From assembly GCA_049472355.1 (NCBI GenBank), contig JBLIRP010000032.1, positions 1 through 36,667 of the forward strand: DNA of 36,667 bases. The letters run 5' to 3'. Positions 27,150 through 36,323 of this stretch are shown one piece after another (position 1 is the first letter of the stretch; each line of letters opens with the position of its first letter). Origin of the DNA: a bacterium. Lineage in GTDB: Bacteria; SZUA-182; DTGQ01; JAFGSM01. Below the pieces are notes generated by a model. The model was not told the origin of the DNA and made no database searches. It saw only the letters and a list, made by a program, of their open reading frames with translations. A program made the translations under genes and the position numbers.

Positions 27150-29267
27150 TCAACGACGCGATTCCAGCTCCTGGAGGGCGGTTCGGGCCTCCTGGGAATC
27201 GGGCTTGAGGGCGAGGGCCGTGGTGTACATCTCCCGTGCCTTGTCGAATTGCTCCAGCCTGGTATATGCCAGGCCCATGATCAGAAAGGCGGCAAGGTTT
27301 TTATATCGGTGTCTGAGCAGATACTCCCCGTGAACGACAGCGGTTTTCCACTCCCCCTTGGCGCCGTAAAGATTGAGCAGGAGCAGGCGGGGCAGATAGT
27401 AGGAGGGGTTCATGGCCAGGTTGCGTTCGCTTTCAGCGATGAAGCCCTCGATCTCCTCCTTGGGGATCCTGGTCTCCAACAGGGTCAACAGGGGGTGGAT
27501 GTGCCGGTATTCGTCCCGGGCGATGAGGTCCGCATATTCAGGGAGCCTGCGCACGTACAGGAAGCAGGAATCGTCGAAATAGACCATGGCCCATTCCCCG
27601 CTCTCTCTCAGATACCGGCAGTGCTTGACCAGGTCCCCGGCCTGGTATTTGAGGAGGATGAATTCGATGTCGAACTCGTCCAGTATCCCCCTGAAGGCAT
27701 TCACATCGTAGAGCGCGGTCTGGTGGCGGTGGTAGAACTCCTCGCCGTAGACGTGCTCCGCCCTCGAGTCCATGGTTACCCGTACGTCGGGAAAGCAGTG
27801 GAAGATCAGATAGGTGCCGTACGTGTAGCTGTTGAAGCAGCAGCCCTTTATGTGGTTTTTCTGGATGTATTTCGTAACCTCGATGGGCATGTTGCCGGCA
27901 ACCCCAACCCCGAAGGGCTTGCTGCTGTGCTTCCGGTAGATGTAACCGTGCTTGAAGGAGATCCGGATGAGGGGGATGAGAATCGCCAGGATGATTATCC
28001 CTCCCACAATACGGATCACCTGCTTCGATCTCGGACCCTTCAGGTGGAGGTAATCCTCGCCCGCCTGCTGGAAGTTGAGCGCCAGGATCGGGCAGGTGGC
28101 GATGGTGAAGATGGTGATGTTGCGGTGCATCTGCGCAGCCATGGTGAAAAAGAAGGCAGAGATGGCAAGATTGGTGAGGTCGAGGCGTTTCACGTCCGCG
28201 ATGAAGGAGACCGCCAGGAGGAACATCCACACCACATAGTACCGGAAGGCGTAGGAGGTATAGAAGGTCTTGCTCTGGAAGGGGGACTGCCACTCGTAGA
28301 TGGTCTTGATGTAATCGCTCTGGTGGATCACCACGTTGATGGGCTGCATAAAGAGCCTGAATCCGTATGGATTGATGATACAGGCGAAAAAGGTGACCAT
28401 CGAGATGATAAACAGGGGCTTCAACCGCTCCCAGGTGAGGAGGTCCCGCTGCCAGAAGGACACGAAGTACCGGTTGTACAGGAGCCTCGCCGTTTCGCAG
28501 GCGGTGAACACGCCCAGGATGATGATCCCCACGATGAAGGAGCCGTGCATGTTGGACCAGAATACCTGGAGCACGGGCAGCAGGTACAGGATGCGCCGGT
28601 CGACCCGCCGGTACTTGTACTGCATGAGGATGAGCAGGAAGGCGGCGATGAATACGTAGGAGAACATTTCGGTGCGCGCCAGGAACCGGACCCCCACGTT
28701 GAAGATCATGAACGCGGTCAGGGGTACGAACAGGATGAACTCCGTCTTGAGCCGGTGGCAGTTGAGCAGGGTGAGGGCGGTCATGAGCATGATGACCAGG
28801 GTCTTCAGGTAGATGATGCCGTTTACCCCGATGAGGGTATAGATGACGTAGAAGATCACCCCGGAAAACCATGCCTCGTTGATCCACGGCCTTCCCGCGG
28901 CATTGCACGAATAGGGATCCGCATACTGAAACCGCTTGGTCTCCAGGACCATCTGCCCGTTTTTGAGGTGCTGCCACAGATCGTTGTTGGAAAGCTCCGA
29001 AACGGTAAGGGAAACAACCAGAAGGACGATGGCTACGAGGATGAGAACGATCAGGGTCCGGTTCACCCATTTCAGGGCGGTGTTCGGCCGGGGGGCCGTC
29101 ATGGCCTCCCTTTTCTTCCGCTCCTCTTCCGCATACAGCTCATTGATGATGTAGTCTTCGACCGCAACCGGGCTCACATTGAATTTTTGGGCCACCTCGT
29201 GGATCGAGCACTTCCCGTAATTTGCCAGGATGTATCGCTTGGCCTTTTCCTTCAGAAACTCAGCCAT
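27150..29267 (-). CDS. Multi-pass membrane protein with C-terminal TPR; possible GT-C-fold glycosyltransferase
   Basis: About 11-12 TM segments; first loop NNDLWQHLKNG...DPYS...W; WSNMHGSF; INPYG; C-terminal TPR (ALALKPDSQEA). Confidence 0.75.
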   Translation of the reverse strand: MAEFLKEKAKRYILANYGKCSIHEVAQKFNVSPVAVEDYIINELYAEEERKKREAMTAPRPNTALKWVNRTLIVLILVAIVLLVVSLTVSELSNNDLWQHLKNGQMVLETKRFQYADPYSCNAAGRPWINEAWFSGVIFYVIYTLIGVNGIIYLKTLVIMLMTALTLLNCHRLKTEFILFVPLTAFMIFNVGVRFLARTEMFSYVFIAAFLLILMQYKYRRVDRRILYLLPVLQVFWSNMHGSFIVGIIILGVFTACETARLLYNRYFVSFWQRDLLTWERLKPLFIISMVTFFACIINPYGFRLFMQPINVVIHQSDYIKTIYEWQSPFQSKTFYTSYAFRYYVVWMFLLAVSFIADVKRLDLTNLAISAFFFTMAAQMHRNITIFTIATCPILALNFQQAGEDYLHLKGPRSKQVIRIVGGIIILAILIPLIRISFKHGYIYRKHSSKPFGVGVAGNMPIEVTKYIQKNHIKGCCFNSYTYGTYLIFHCFPDVRVTMDSRAEHVYGEEFYHRHQTALYDVNAFRGILDEFDIEFILLKYQAGDLVKHCRYLRESGEWAMVYFDDSCFLYVRRLPEYADLIARDEYRHIHPLLTLLETRIPKEEIEGFIAESERNLAMNPSYYLPRLLLLNLYGAKGEWKTAVVHGEYLLRHRYKNLAAFLIMGLAYTRLEQFDKAREMYTTALALKPDSQEARTALQELESRR

Positions 29268-29365
29268 GGTGCGCCCTTATGTATACCCATGCGTGTCCTC
29301 TCGTCACCCTGTGCCTTTACAGGCGTCCCCTGCGGAATTCTTCCCTCATCCCTCGTCACGGTGTC

Positions 29366-30340
29366 CTACACCCCCTTGCCGTGCCCGGTCATCACCCGGC
29401 TGATGAAGTAGGGGGGCTTGTTCTGCGACTCGTGGTAGGTCCTCATGAGCAGCTCCGCAAGGAGCCCGATCAGGATAAACTGGAACCCCAGGATGAACAG
29501 GAAGATCGCAAGCAGGATCAGGGGGTTTTTGTGCACCCAGGTGCCGCGGGTGTACTTTTCGATGAGGGTCACCGCCCCCGCGATCACCCCGAAAAGGGCG
29601 AGGATGAATCCCACGGTGCCGAACAGGTAGATCGGGCTGGTGAAGTAGCTTCCCAGGAACTTCACAGTGAACAGGTCCAGGATCACCTTGAAGGTGCGCA
29701 TGATCCCGTACTTCGACCTGCCCATTGTCCTGGGTCGGTGGTCCACCTCCATCTCGGCGACCTTGGCCCCCAACTGCGCCGCATAGGCGGGGATGAACCG
29801 GTGCATCTCCCCGTACAGGCGGATGTTCTTGATGAACTGCCTCCGGTAGGCCTTCAGGGTGCAGCCGTAGTCGTGCAGGTGCACCCCAGTCACCCAACTG
29901 ATCAGACGATTTGCGATCCACGAGGGGAGCCGCCGGTTGAGCAGGGGGTCCTTCCTCCTCCTGCGCCATCCGCTGACCACATCGTACCCCTCGTCCATCA
30001 GGTCGAGCATCCCCTGGATATCCCGGGGATTGTTCTGCAGGTCCCCGTCCAGGGTCACCACGATGTTTCCCAGACACCGGTCGAATCCCGCGCTCATCGC
30101 CGCGGTCTGCCCGAAATTATTGGCAAGCAGGACCGCCACCAGGTGGGGGTCGCGCTCCACGAGTGAGGTCAGAAGCTCCGGGGTGCGGTCCCTGGATCCG
30201 TCGTCCACGAAGATGATCTCGTAGTTCCCCTTGTATCCCGAAAGGGCGTCGGTAAGCTCCCCGTGGAGCCTTTCCACGTTCTCCTCCTCGTTATATACGG
30301 GAATAACGATTGAAAGATCGAGGGCGGATGTTCGTTCCAT
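29366..30340 (-). CDS. GT2 glycosyltransferase, polyprenol-phosphate (ArnC/DPM-like) type
   Basis: SIVIPVYNEE, VDDGSRD, NFGQTAA, LDGDLQN, DYGCTLKAYR, GEMHRFIP; two C-terminal TMs. Confidence 0.92.
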   Translation of the reverse strand: MERTSALDLSIVIPVYNEEENVERLHGELTDALSGYKGNYEIIFVDDGSRDRTPELLTSLVERDPHLVAVLLANNFGQTAAMSAGFDRCLGNIVVTLDGDLQNNPRDIQGMLDLMDEGYDVVSGWRRRRKDPLLNRRLPSWIANRLISWVTGVHLHDYGCTLKAYRRQFIKNIRLYGEMHRFIPAYAAQLGAKVAEMEVDHRPRTMGRSKYGIMRTFKVILDLFTVKFLGSYFTSPIYLFGTVGFILALFGVIAGAVTLIEKYTRGTWVHKNPLILLAIFLFILGFQFILIGLLAELLMRTYHESQNKPPYFISRVMTGHGKGV

Positions 30341-30383
30341 CGATGGATCTTCCCCTGCAAGGGTCCCTGTCCGGACAAAAAAA

Positions 30384-30459
<76 letters not shown>

Positions 30460-30473
30460 ACGCTCATTCAAAC

Positions 30474-30503
30474 ATTATATATATCTTCTGTCAGTATTGT
30501 CAA
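30474..30503 (-). promoter_or_regulatory. Sigma70-type promoter of tRNA-Ala
   Basis: Minus strand TTGACA (30503-30498), 18 bp, TATAAT (30479-30474). Confidence 0.65.
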
Positions 30504-30693
30504 CACGTTCCGGTTCGGCAACTTCCCATTCCCGTTTGACTACTCATTACCCTGTCCATCCCCATATTCCTTCCCCATCCTCCGGGACCCTCGATGCAAT
30601 CCAGCGCTGCGCTTTGACATTGGGTGATAAACATGCTAAAAATATCGATAAACAAACACCATCCACCCATCAAATAGTTCGGTCCACAAACGT

Positions 30694-30781
30694 GCCGGAG
30701 TGGTGAAATCGGTAGACGCACGGGACTCAAAATCCCGCGGGCCTTGCGCCCATGAGGGTTCGATCCCCTCCTCCGGCACCA
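30694..30781 (+). tRNA. tRNA-Leu(CAA)
   Basis: GCCGGAGTGGTGAAATCGGTAGAC...CGGGA CT CAA AA TCCCG, long variable arm, GGTTCGATCCC, CTCCGGCACCA; 88 nt. Confidence 0.96.
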
Positions 30782-31077
30782 ACCTTATATCCTCCCTTCT
30801 CAAGGACTCCGCCTCCTTGGCCTTGGTCTTGAAATACTTCTTTGTGTAACGCCTTTTGTGGAGGATGAACTCGTATTTCCATCTTCTCCCTTTTATGAAA
30901 TAGCAGCTCATAGAGATCCTCCTTGCAGGGAAAGAATAAGGATCCTCTGAGCTTCCTGCCGCCCAATATCCGCCAGTTTTTATAAACCCAGCTCACGCTC
31001 TTGTGGAGATATCGGGCGACCTCCTCAGGGTCCATGATAACAGGATAGGTATTGGTGTCAATGTCAGGGTAATACAT
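30727..31077 (-). CDS. Excisionase-like HTH protein; 3' end probably disrupted
   Basis: IMDPEEVARYLHKSVSWVYKNW...GGRKL winged-HTH pattern; overlaps the integrase start; present stop lies inside the antisense tRNA. Confidence 0.55.
   Translation of the reverse strand: MYYPDIDTNTYPVIMDPEEVARYLHKSVSWVYKNWRILGGRKLRGSLFFPCKEDLYELLFHKREKMEIRVHPPQKALHKEVFQDQGQGGGVLEKGGYKVGAGGGDRTLMGARPAGF
30782..30911 (-). pseudogene. N-terminal stub (~43 codons) of a probable tyrosine integrase
   Basis: MSCYFIKGRRWKYEFILHKRRYTKKYFKTKAKEAESLRRE resembles an arm-binding beta-beta-beta-alpha N-domain. The frame then runs into antisense tRNA with no catalytic domain. Confidence 0.55.
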
Positions 31078-31434
31078 GTACTTATCTGAATATTATTTTG
31101 GTATGTATATCTATCTTTTTGTTTATAGAGAATATATCCCTATGAAACTTCCGGAGAACCGGTATTATTCTTTCAATGATCCGTGCATATTCCTTTTTGT
31201 CCGGTTCGCTCACCTTCTTCTTTTTAAAATCTATAAAAATCATCTCTTCCCCCTTTTCAAAAACCGCCTTGAAATCAATCACGACACATGGTATTGTTAG
31301 ATTGTCAAATACATAAATATTATTTATCAATCTAAATTTTACATTAGCTATTGTAATTTTACCAACCCCGGATACATTTGTCAAGTGATTTTTTACATTT
31401 ATAAATTTAATTTTTCCAAACACAAGAGGGGAGA

Positions 31435-31656
31435 ATGATAAAAAACAGGCTCAAGATTTTATTGGCGGAGAGGGATTTAAATTACTCCAAATTAAGTGAG
31501 ATCACAGGGATCTCAATAAATGCACTTTCCAAGATGGGTAAAGAGGGAGGCACCGGCTCGAAGCAGATAACCTATGAGGTCCTTGAGAAAATATGCTCGG
31601 CCTTGAAATGCCAGGTTGGCGATCTTTTGATTTGGGTACCGGAAGAGAAAAAATAG
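31435..31656 (+). CDS. Cro/C1-type HTH transcriptional regulator
   Basis: NRLKILLAERDLNYSKLSEITGISINALSKM...LEKICSALKCQVGDLL; GAGGGGAG SD; divergent from the Xis-like gene. Confidence 0.88.
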   Translation: MIKNRLKILLAERDLNYSKLSEITGISINALSKMGKEGGTGSKQITYEVLEKICSALKCQVGDLLIWVPEEKK

Positions 31657-32166
31657 ATTTGAGTAATCAAAGACTGACTGGAACTACCTGAAGGCGGCTT
31701 TGCAGCTCGTAAGATAATACGCAAGAGACTCCTGCCCCTTTATCTTTTTATTCTAGAGTTAAGCAATGCTGTAAATTTTAAATAAGATATATAACTGCTA
31801 AGAATTATTTCACGATGGTATTGGAAATCTACCCCAATTGGTGCTGAATCAATTTTCTTCTCTCTGTAAAGAAGCGTTGACATAGTTTTAAAGTACACGA
31901 TCAATACTATTGTGCCTCTGGAAGCTACCCGTATTCTTCTATAAGGTGAATTTACTTGTCTCCTTGGCCAATATTTTGTTCTGATAATAGCTTGATTATA
32001 AAAGTTTTAGACAAACTGGCTTCCATTAGCAATCAGCTGATTTATAAATTGAAATAAACGTTGACAATACGGAAGGCTATGTTTTATTAATATTAATAAT
32101 AGGCAAAGGAAGGAAATCATTGGTATTGATGTCAAAAATGAATAGACAATAGAGAAGAGATTGAAT

Positions 32167-32490
32167 ATGGCTAATCAGGGATTTCAAAAAATACTTAAAG
32201 AAATAATTGATGAAGCAGTTAAGAATGGATTTAATCCGAGTGATGGAGAATTAGATTATTTTAAAGTGCCTGATAATTTAAGTGGAATTTGTTTTTCTTA
32301 TAAAGATGGAAGATATGACAAATATCCAATTAAAAATATTCTTGACAATCGTAAATTTATTAAAGCATGTTTTGCTCGTAAAACAAAAAAAGAAAGGATA
32401 TTAAAAATATTTAATAGCTTAAGAAATCAAAAATTGCCTGTTGAAGAAGAAATTACTATAATTGCTCGACTTCTTGCTAAAGAATCATAA
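32167..32490 (+). CDS. Hypothetical protein, AT-rich
   Basis: 107-aa open frame in very AT-rich DNA, where long ORFs are unlikely by chance; purine-rich upstream sequence. Confidence 0.55.
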   Translation: MANQGFQKILKEIIDEAVKNGFNPSDGELDYFKVPDNLSGICFSYKDGRYDKYPIKNILDNRKFIKACFARKTKKERILKIFNSLRNQKLPVEEEITIIARLLAKES

Positions 32491-32763
32491 TTCCATCTTA
32501 TTGATTAATCTCAATAGGATATCTGCCCTACAGATGATTTTGATACTTTTCTAAATTAGCATGCATTATCTGAAAAAATAAGTATCTTTTGGTTCTATAA
32601 AATAGAAGGGACATCGGATAGAATCCATTTACTCAGGAGCCTGAGATTGATGTATGAATAGTACACTCCATTGATTACATACCCCAGTTTGTTTATACTT
32701 TTACTGAACTTATAAATGTTCATATCATCTTCATTTGTCCGACTCCACTATACCAAAGGACCA

Positions 32764-33459
32764 ATGACTGTGAATCGGGATGATCCTCACTATCTTGGCC
32801 ACAGAAAGCGTCTCCGTGACCGTTTTATGAAGAGCGGCCTGAAAGGATTTGCTGAGCATGAAGTCGTGGAGCTGCTGCTCACCCTGGCGATCCCTCGGAG
32901 GGATGTCAAAGAGCCGGCAAAAAAGCTAATTGAACGTTTTGGGAATCTACGCAGTATCCTGGATGCACGGGTAGAAGAACTGCAAGCGATCGAAGGGATC
33001 GGTACGGTCACCCCGGTTGCCCTTCGCATCGTCCGCGAGGCCGCGAGCCTTTACCTTCAACAAAAGGCAGAGGTACAGATGAGCCTTTCTTCTCCTGAGC
33101 CACTCCATGAATTTTGGAGGTCAAAAATTGGGGGGCTGCGTGATGAGGTCTTCGAGGTAGCCTATCTTGACTCCGCGTACAGGCTGCTTCGCGATGGAGT
33201 CGAGCGTATGGAGGAGGGCACCATTGACAGGGCCACGGTGTATCCTCGCCGGATCATGGAGGCAGCCCTACGCAGGGGCGCGGCTGCGCTCATCTTTGCC
33301 CACAACCATCCGAATGAAAACTTGATCCCTTCGGAGCAGGACAAGCTCCTGACAAGGGCGCTGGTGCTTGCAGCCACCACCTTGCATATAAACATCCTCG
33401 ACCACCTTATCGTCTCAAAGGAGGGCGTCTTCAGCTTTAGGAAAGAGGGGCTGCTCTGA
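32764..33459 (+). CDS. radC: RadC-family JAB/MPN protein
   Basis: GHRKRLRDRF, ELLLTLAIPRRDVK, HhH IEGIG, GTIDRATVYPR, JAB motif HNHP...PSEQD, ILDHLIV; AAAGGA SD before ATG 32764. Confidence 0.92.
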   Translation: MTVNRDDPHYLGHRKRLRDRFMKSGLKGFAEHEVVELLLTLAIPRRDVKEPAKKLIERFGNLRSILDARVEELQAIEGIGTVTPVALRIVREAASLYLQQKAEVQMSLSSPEPLHEFWRSKIGGLRDEVFEVAYLDSAYRLLRDGVERMEEGTIDRATVYPRRIMEAALRRGAAALIFAHNHPNENLIPSEQDKLLTRALVLAATTLHINILDHLIVSKEGVFSFRKEGLL

Positions 33460-36314
33460 TGCCCATTGCCGATGCCATACTGACAGGGCATGAAGGACTG
33501 AACATTTCCCAGCGCAAGGCCATCGCCAGTATTGAAGGCCCCTTATTGGTCATAGCTGGTCCCGGTTCTGGAAAGACCTTCGTACTGGTGCTCCGTACCT
33601 TGAACATCCTACTCCAAGGGCTTGCAAAACCAGGGGAGATCCTCCTGTGTACCTTCACCCAAAAGGCCGCATTTGAGCTGCGCGACCGCCTTTCCCTTGA
33701 GGCAAAAAAGGCCGGATACAAAGGGGACATCTCTGCCCTGCTCGTAGGCACCTTCCACAGCATTGCAAACACCTTTTTACAGAGATACCGCCACCACACA
33801 CGCCTTGGCAATAACTATGAGGTGCTCGACGACTTTACTCAGCTTTTCTTCCTTTTTGATCATTTCAAGGAGATCATAGGGGAGGAGGAAAGCGGTCTCT
33901 ACCTAGGGAGGTGGAAGACCAGGTGGACCGCCATACAAGGAGCAAGGAAATATTTCAACAAGATAACCGAAGAGCTGATCGAGCCCGAGCAGATGGAGGC
34001 ATCCGATGATCCCTTCGTTCAAACCATTGGTCGTGCATACGGGGCATATGTCGCTCAATTGTTTGAAACGAATAGGATTGACTTTCCGCATCTGCAAAAG
34101 CTCTTCCTCGATCTCCTGACAAATCCCTCGATTGGGCCCTCAATAAAGGATGCCATCCGCTACATCATGGTTGATGAGTACCAGGATACCAACGCAATCC
34201 AGGAGCAAATCCTCCTCAGTCTATCACAAGGCAGGGGGAATATTGCCGTTGTCGGCGATGAAGACCAGTCCCTCTATCGTTTTAGAGGGGCTACAGTGCG
34301 CAATATCCTGGAGTTCCCCACCCTCTTTGAAGACTGCCGCAACGTTACCCTCACCATAAACTACCGGTCCCACAAAGAGATCGTTGATGCATATAATAAC
34401 TTCATGGAATCATGGGACTGGCTGGATCAGGGATCAGGGCATAGGTACCGTTTTGAAAAGAGGATCGAATCCGATCCTGACAAGCGCTTCGCCGAATATC
34501 CTGCGGTCTTCTCGATCTGGGGTGAAAACAGAAGGGATGAGGCGAGGCGCTGTGCAGACCTCGTACTCTTCCTTAAGGAGAACCGTATCATAGAGGATGA
34601 GAGCCAGGTTGCCATCCTCCTGCACAGCGTGAGGCAAGATCACAGCACACCCTACCTTGATGCCCTTACTGAAAGAGGTATCAATGCCTTCTGCCCGCGT
34701 GCCCGCGCATATTTCGAAAATGATGAAATCCGTTCCATGCTCGCCTGTTTCGCCATCCTTCTTGGGTACTATGGAGAGGGCCGGGGGGAGATCAATGGTC
34801 GAAGCCTCAATGAGCTGGCAGGATATGTTGATGAGTGCATCATTGAGTTGGGGCGCCGTTTCCCATACCCTCACCCCCTTGCACAGAGCCTCCAGCATTT
34901 TTCACAGGAGATCGCAACACTCGGCGAGGGGAAGACCCTTGACCGTCGCCTTGCAGACTATTTTTATGATTTCCTTGCCAATGAACCCTTTGTCGGTTTC
35001 ATCGGCAATGAGAACCGGGCCCGCAACCTGGCTACCTTCTCCCACCTCCTCAATGTATTTCAGACGTACTATCACTACAGTGTCATCACCGCCAGGAACC
35101 GTGAGCACCTGCGCCTTCACTTCTTCCACAGCTTTGTGCGCCTCCTTTATGAGGGGGGCATCAATGAGTATGAAGACCCTGACAATCCCATCCCCAGAGG
35201 GCATGTGCAGGTGATGACCATCCATCAGGCCAAAGGGCTCGAATTCCCCGTGGTCATTGTGGGCTCACTCTCCGTGCAGCTTTCATCCCCCAAGGATGTG
35301 GATGCAACCCTGGGCATGCTCTATAAAAGGCCCCCCTTCGAGCCTGAGGGTCTTATTACCGGATTTGACCGGATGCGCCTCCACTATGTCGCCTTTTCAC
35401 GCGCAGAGAAGATCCTTGTCCTCACCTCCTCTGAGCAGCCTAAGCCTTACTTCTTCCCCATCTGGCAGGGACTTGCCCAGTGGCCATATGTCCAGCAGGA
35501 TCTCCTTAGGTCCCTCTCTTTCAAGCTCCGAAGACGCATGCAGATAAAGAAGACCTACAGCTTTACCAGCGACCTCAAGGTATATGAGACCTGCCCAAGG
35601 CAATACCAGTTTTTTCGGTTCTACGACTTCTCACCTGCAAGGTCTGCCGAATACTTCTTCGGAGCGCTGGTGCACCAGACCATAGAGGATATCCACCGCA
35701 GGGTGCTCGACGGCGACAGGGATACCATCGATGATCAAAGGATTGCGGAATTCTTTGAGTTCAATTACCGCCACCTGATCAATAGCGGTCTTCGCCCCAT
35801 CGGTCCCAAACAGAAGCAGACCGCGCTTGAGCACGTGACGAACTATTACTCACAAAACCTCGATGAGATCGGCCGGATCATAGAAACGGAGGTGGATGTA
35901 TCCGTTGAAAAGGATGCCTACATTCTCATCGGGAAGATCGACCTCCTTCTTGGCGATGATGAGAGGCTGGAACTCCTTGACTTCAAGTCCCAGCCCCGCC
36001 CTATTGAAGACGAGACCAGGCTTGATGCATACTATAAGCAACTGTGCATCTATGCGCATATACTGGAGCAGCGTTATGACAAAAGGCCGGATAGGCTCCT
36101 CCTCTACTGGACTGGGGAACCCCGGAAGGAGGATGCCCTGATGTCTCTTCCCTATGAGCCTGAGCGGGTGGATGAAGCAGCCGCTCATTTTGACAGGGTG
36201 GTGGAGCAGATCCAGAAAAGGGATTTTACAGTCAGAACGCCTCCTGAAAAAAAGGTCTGCAAGGAGTGCGACCTGAGGATGCTGTGTAAAAACGATAATG
36301 TAATAATCCTATGA
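33459..36314 (+). CDS. UvrD/PcrA-like SF1 helicase fused to a C-terminal PD-(D/E)xK nuclease with a four-Cys (Fe-S-type) motif
   Basis: AGPGSGKT, VDEYQD, VGDEDQSLYRFRGA, NYRS, MTIHQAKGLEFP, YVAFSRA; nuclease GKIDLL...LDFKS...QLCIYA; Cys in ETCPRQY and VCKECDLRMLC. Confidence 0.92.
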   Translation: MPIADAILTGHEGLNISQRKAIASIEGPLLVIAGPGSGKTFVLVLRTLNILLQGLAKPGEILLCTFTQKAAFELRDRLSLEAKKAGYKGDISALLVGTFHSIANTFLQRYRHHTRLGNNYEVLDDFTQLFFLFDHFKEIIGEEESGLYLGRWKTRWTAIQGARKYFNKITEELIEPEQMEASDDPFVQTIGRAYGAYVAQLFETNRIDFPHLQKLFLDLLTNPSIGPSIKDAIRYIMVDEYQDTNAIQEQILLSLSQGRGNIAVVGDEDQSLYRFRGATVRNILEFPTLFEDCRNVTLTINYRSHKEIVDAYNNFMESWDWLDQGSGHRYRFEKRIESDPDKRFAEYPAVFSIWGENRRDEARRCADLVLFLKENRIIEDESQVAILLHSVRQDHSTPYLDALTERGINAFCPRARAYFENDEIRSMLACFAILLGYYGEGRGEINGRSLNELAGYVDECIIELGRRFPYPHPLAQSLQHFSQEIATLGEGKTLDRRLADYFYDFLANEPFVGFIGNENRARNLATFSHLLNVFQTYYHYSVITARNREHLRLHFFHSFVRLLYEGGINEYEDPDNPIPRGHVQVMTIHQAKGLEFPVVIVGSLSVQLSSPKDVDATLGMLYKRPPFEPEGLITGFDRMRLHYVAFSRAEKILVLTSSEQPKPYFFPIWQGLAQWPYVQQDLLRSLSFKLRRRMQIKKTYSFTSDLKVYETCPRQYQFFRFYDFSPARSAEYFFGALVHQTIEDIHRRVLDGDRDTIDDQRIAEFFEFNYRHLINSGLRPIGPKQKQTALEHVTNYYSQNLDEIGRIIETEVDVSVEKDAYILIGKIDLLLGDDERLELLDFKSQPRPIEDETRLDAYYKQLCIYAHILEQRYDKRPDRLLLYWTGEPRKEDALMSLPYEPERVDEAAAHFDRVVEQIQKRDFTVRTPPEKKVCKECDLRMLCKNDNVIIL

Positions 36315-36323
36315 GGTGACTGA

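Noticed and set aside
27249..29411. 720-aa plus-strand ORF and 510-aa alternative-frame ORF (27538-29070)
   Set aside because: Shadow frames of a high-GC3 membrane-protein gene; no motifs.
35560..36314. Cas4 / CRISPR adaptation gene
   Set aside because: The four-Cys PD-(D/E)xK domain is fused to a UvrD helicase with no cas1/cas2 or array nearby; the fold is shared with AddB/RecB-type nucleases.
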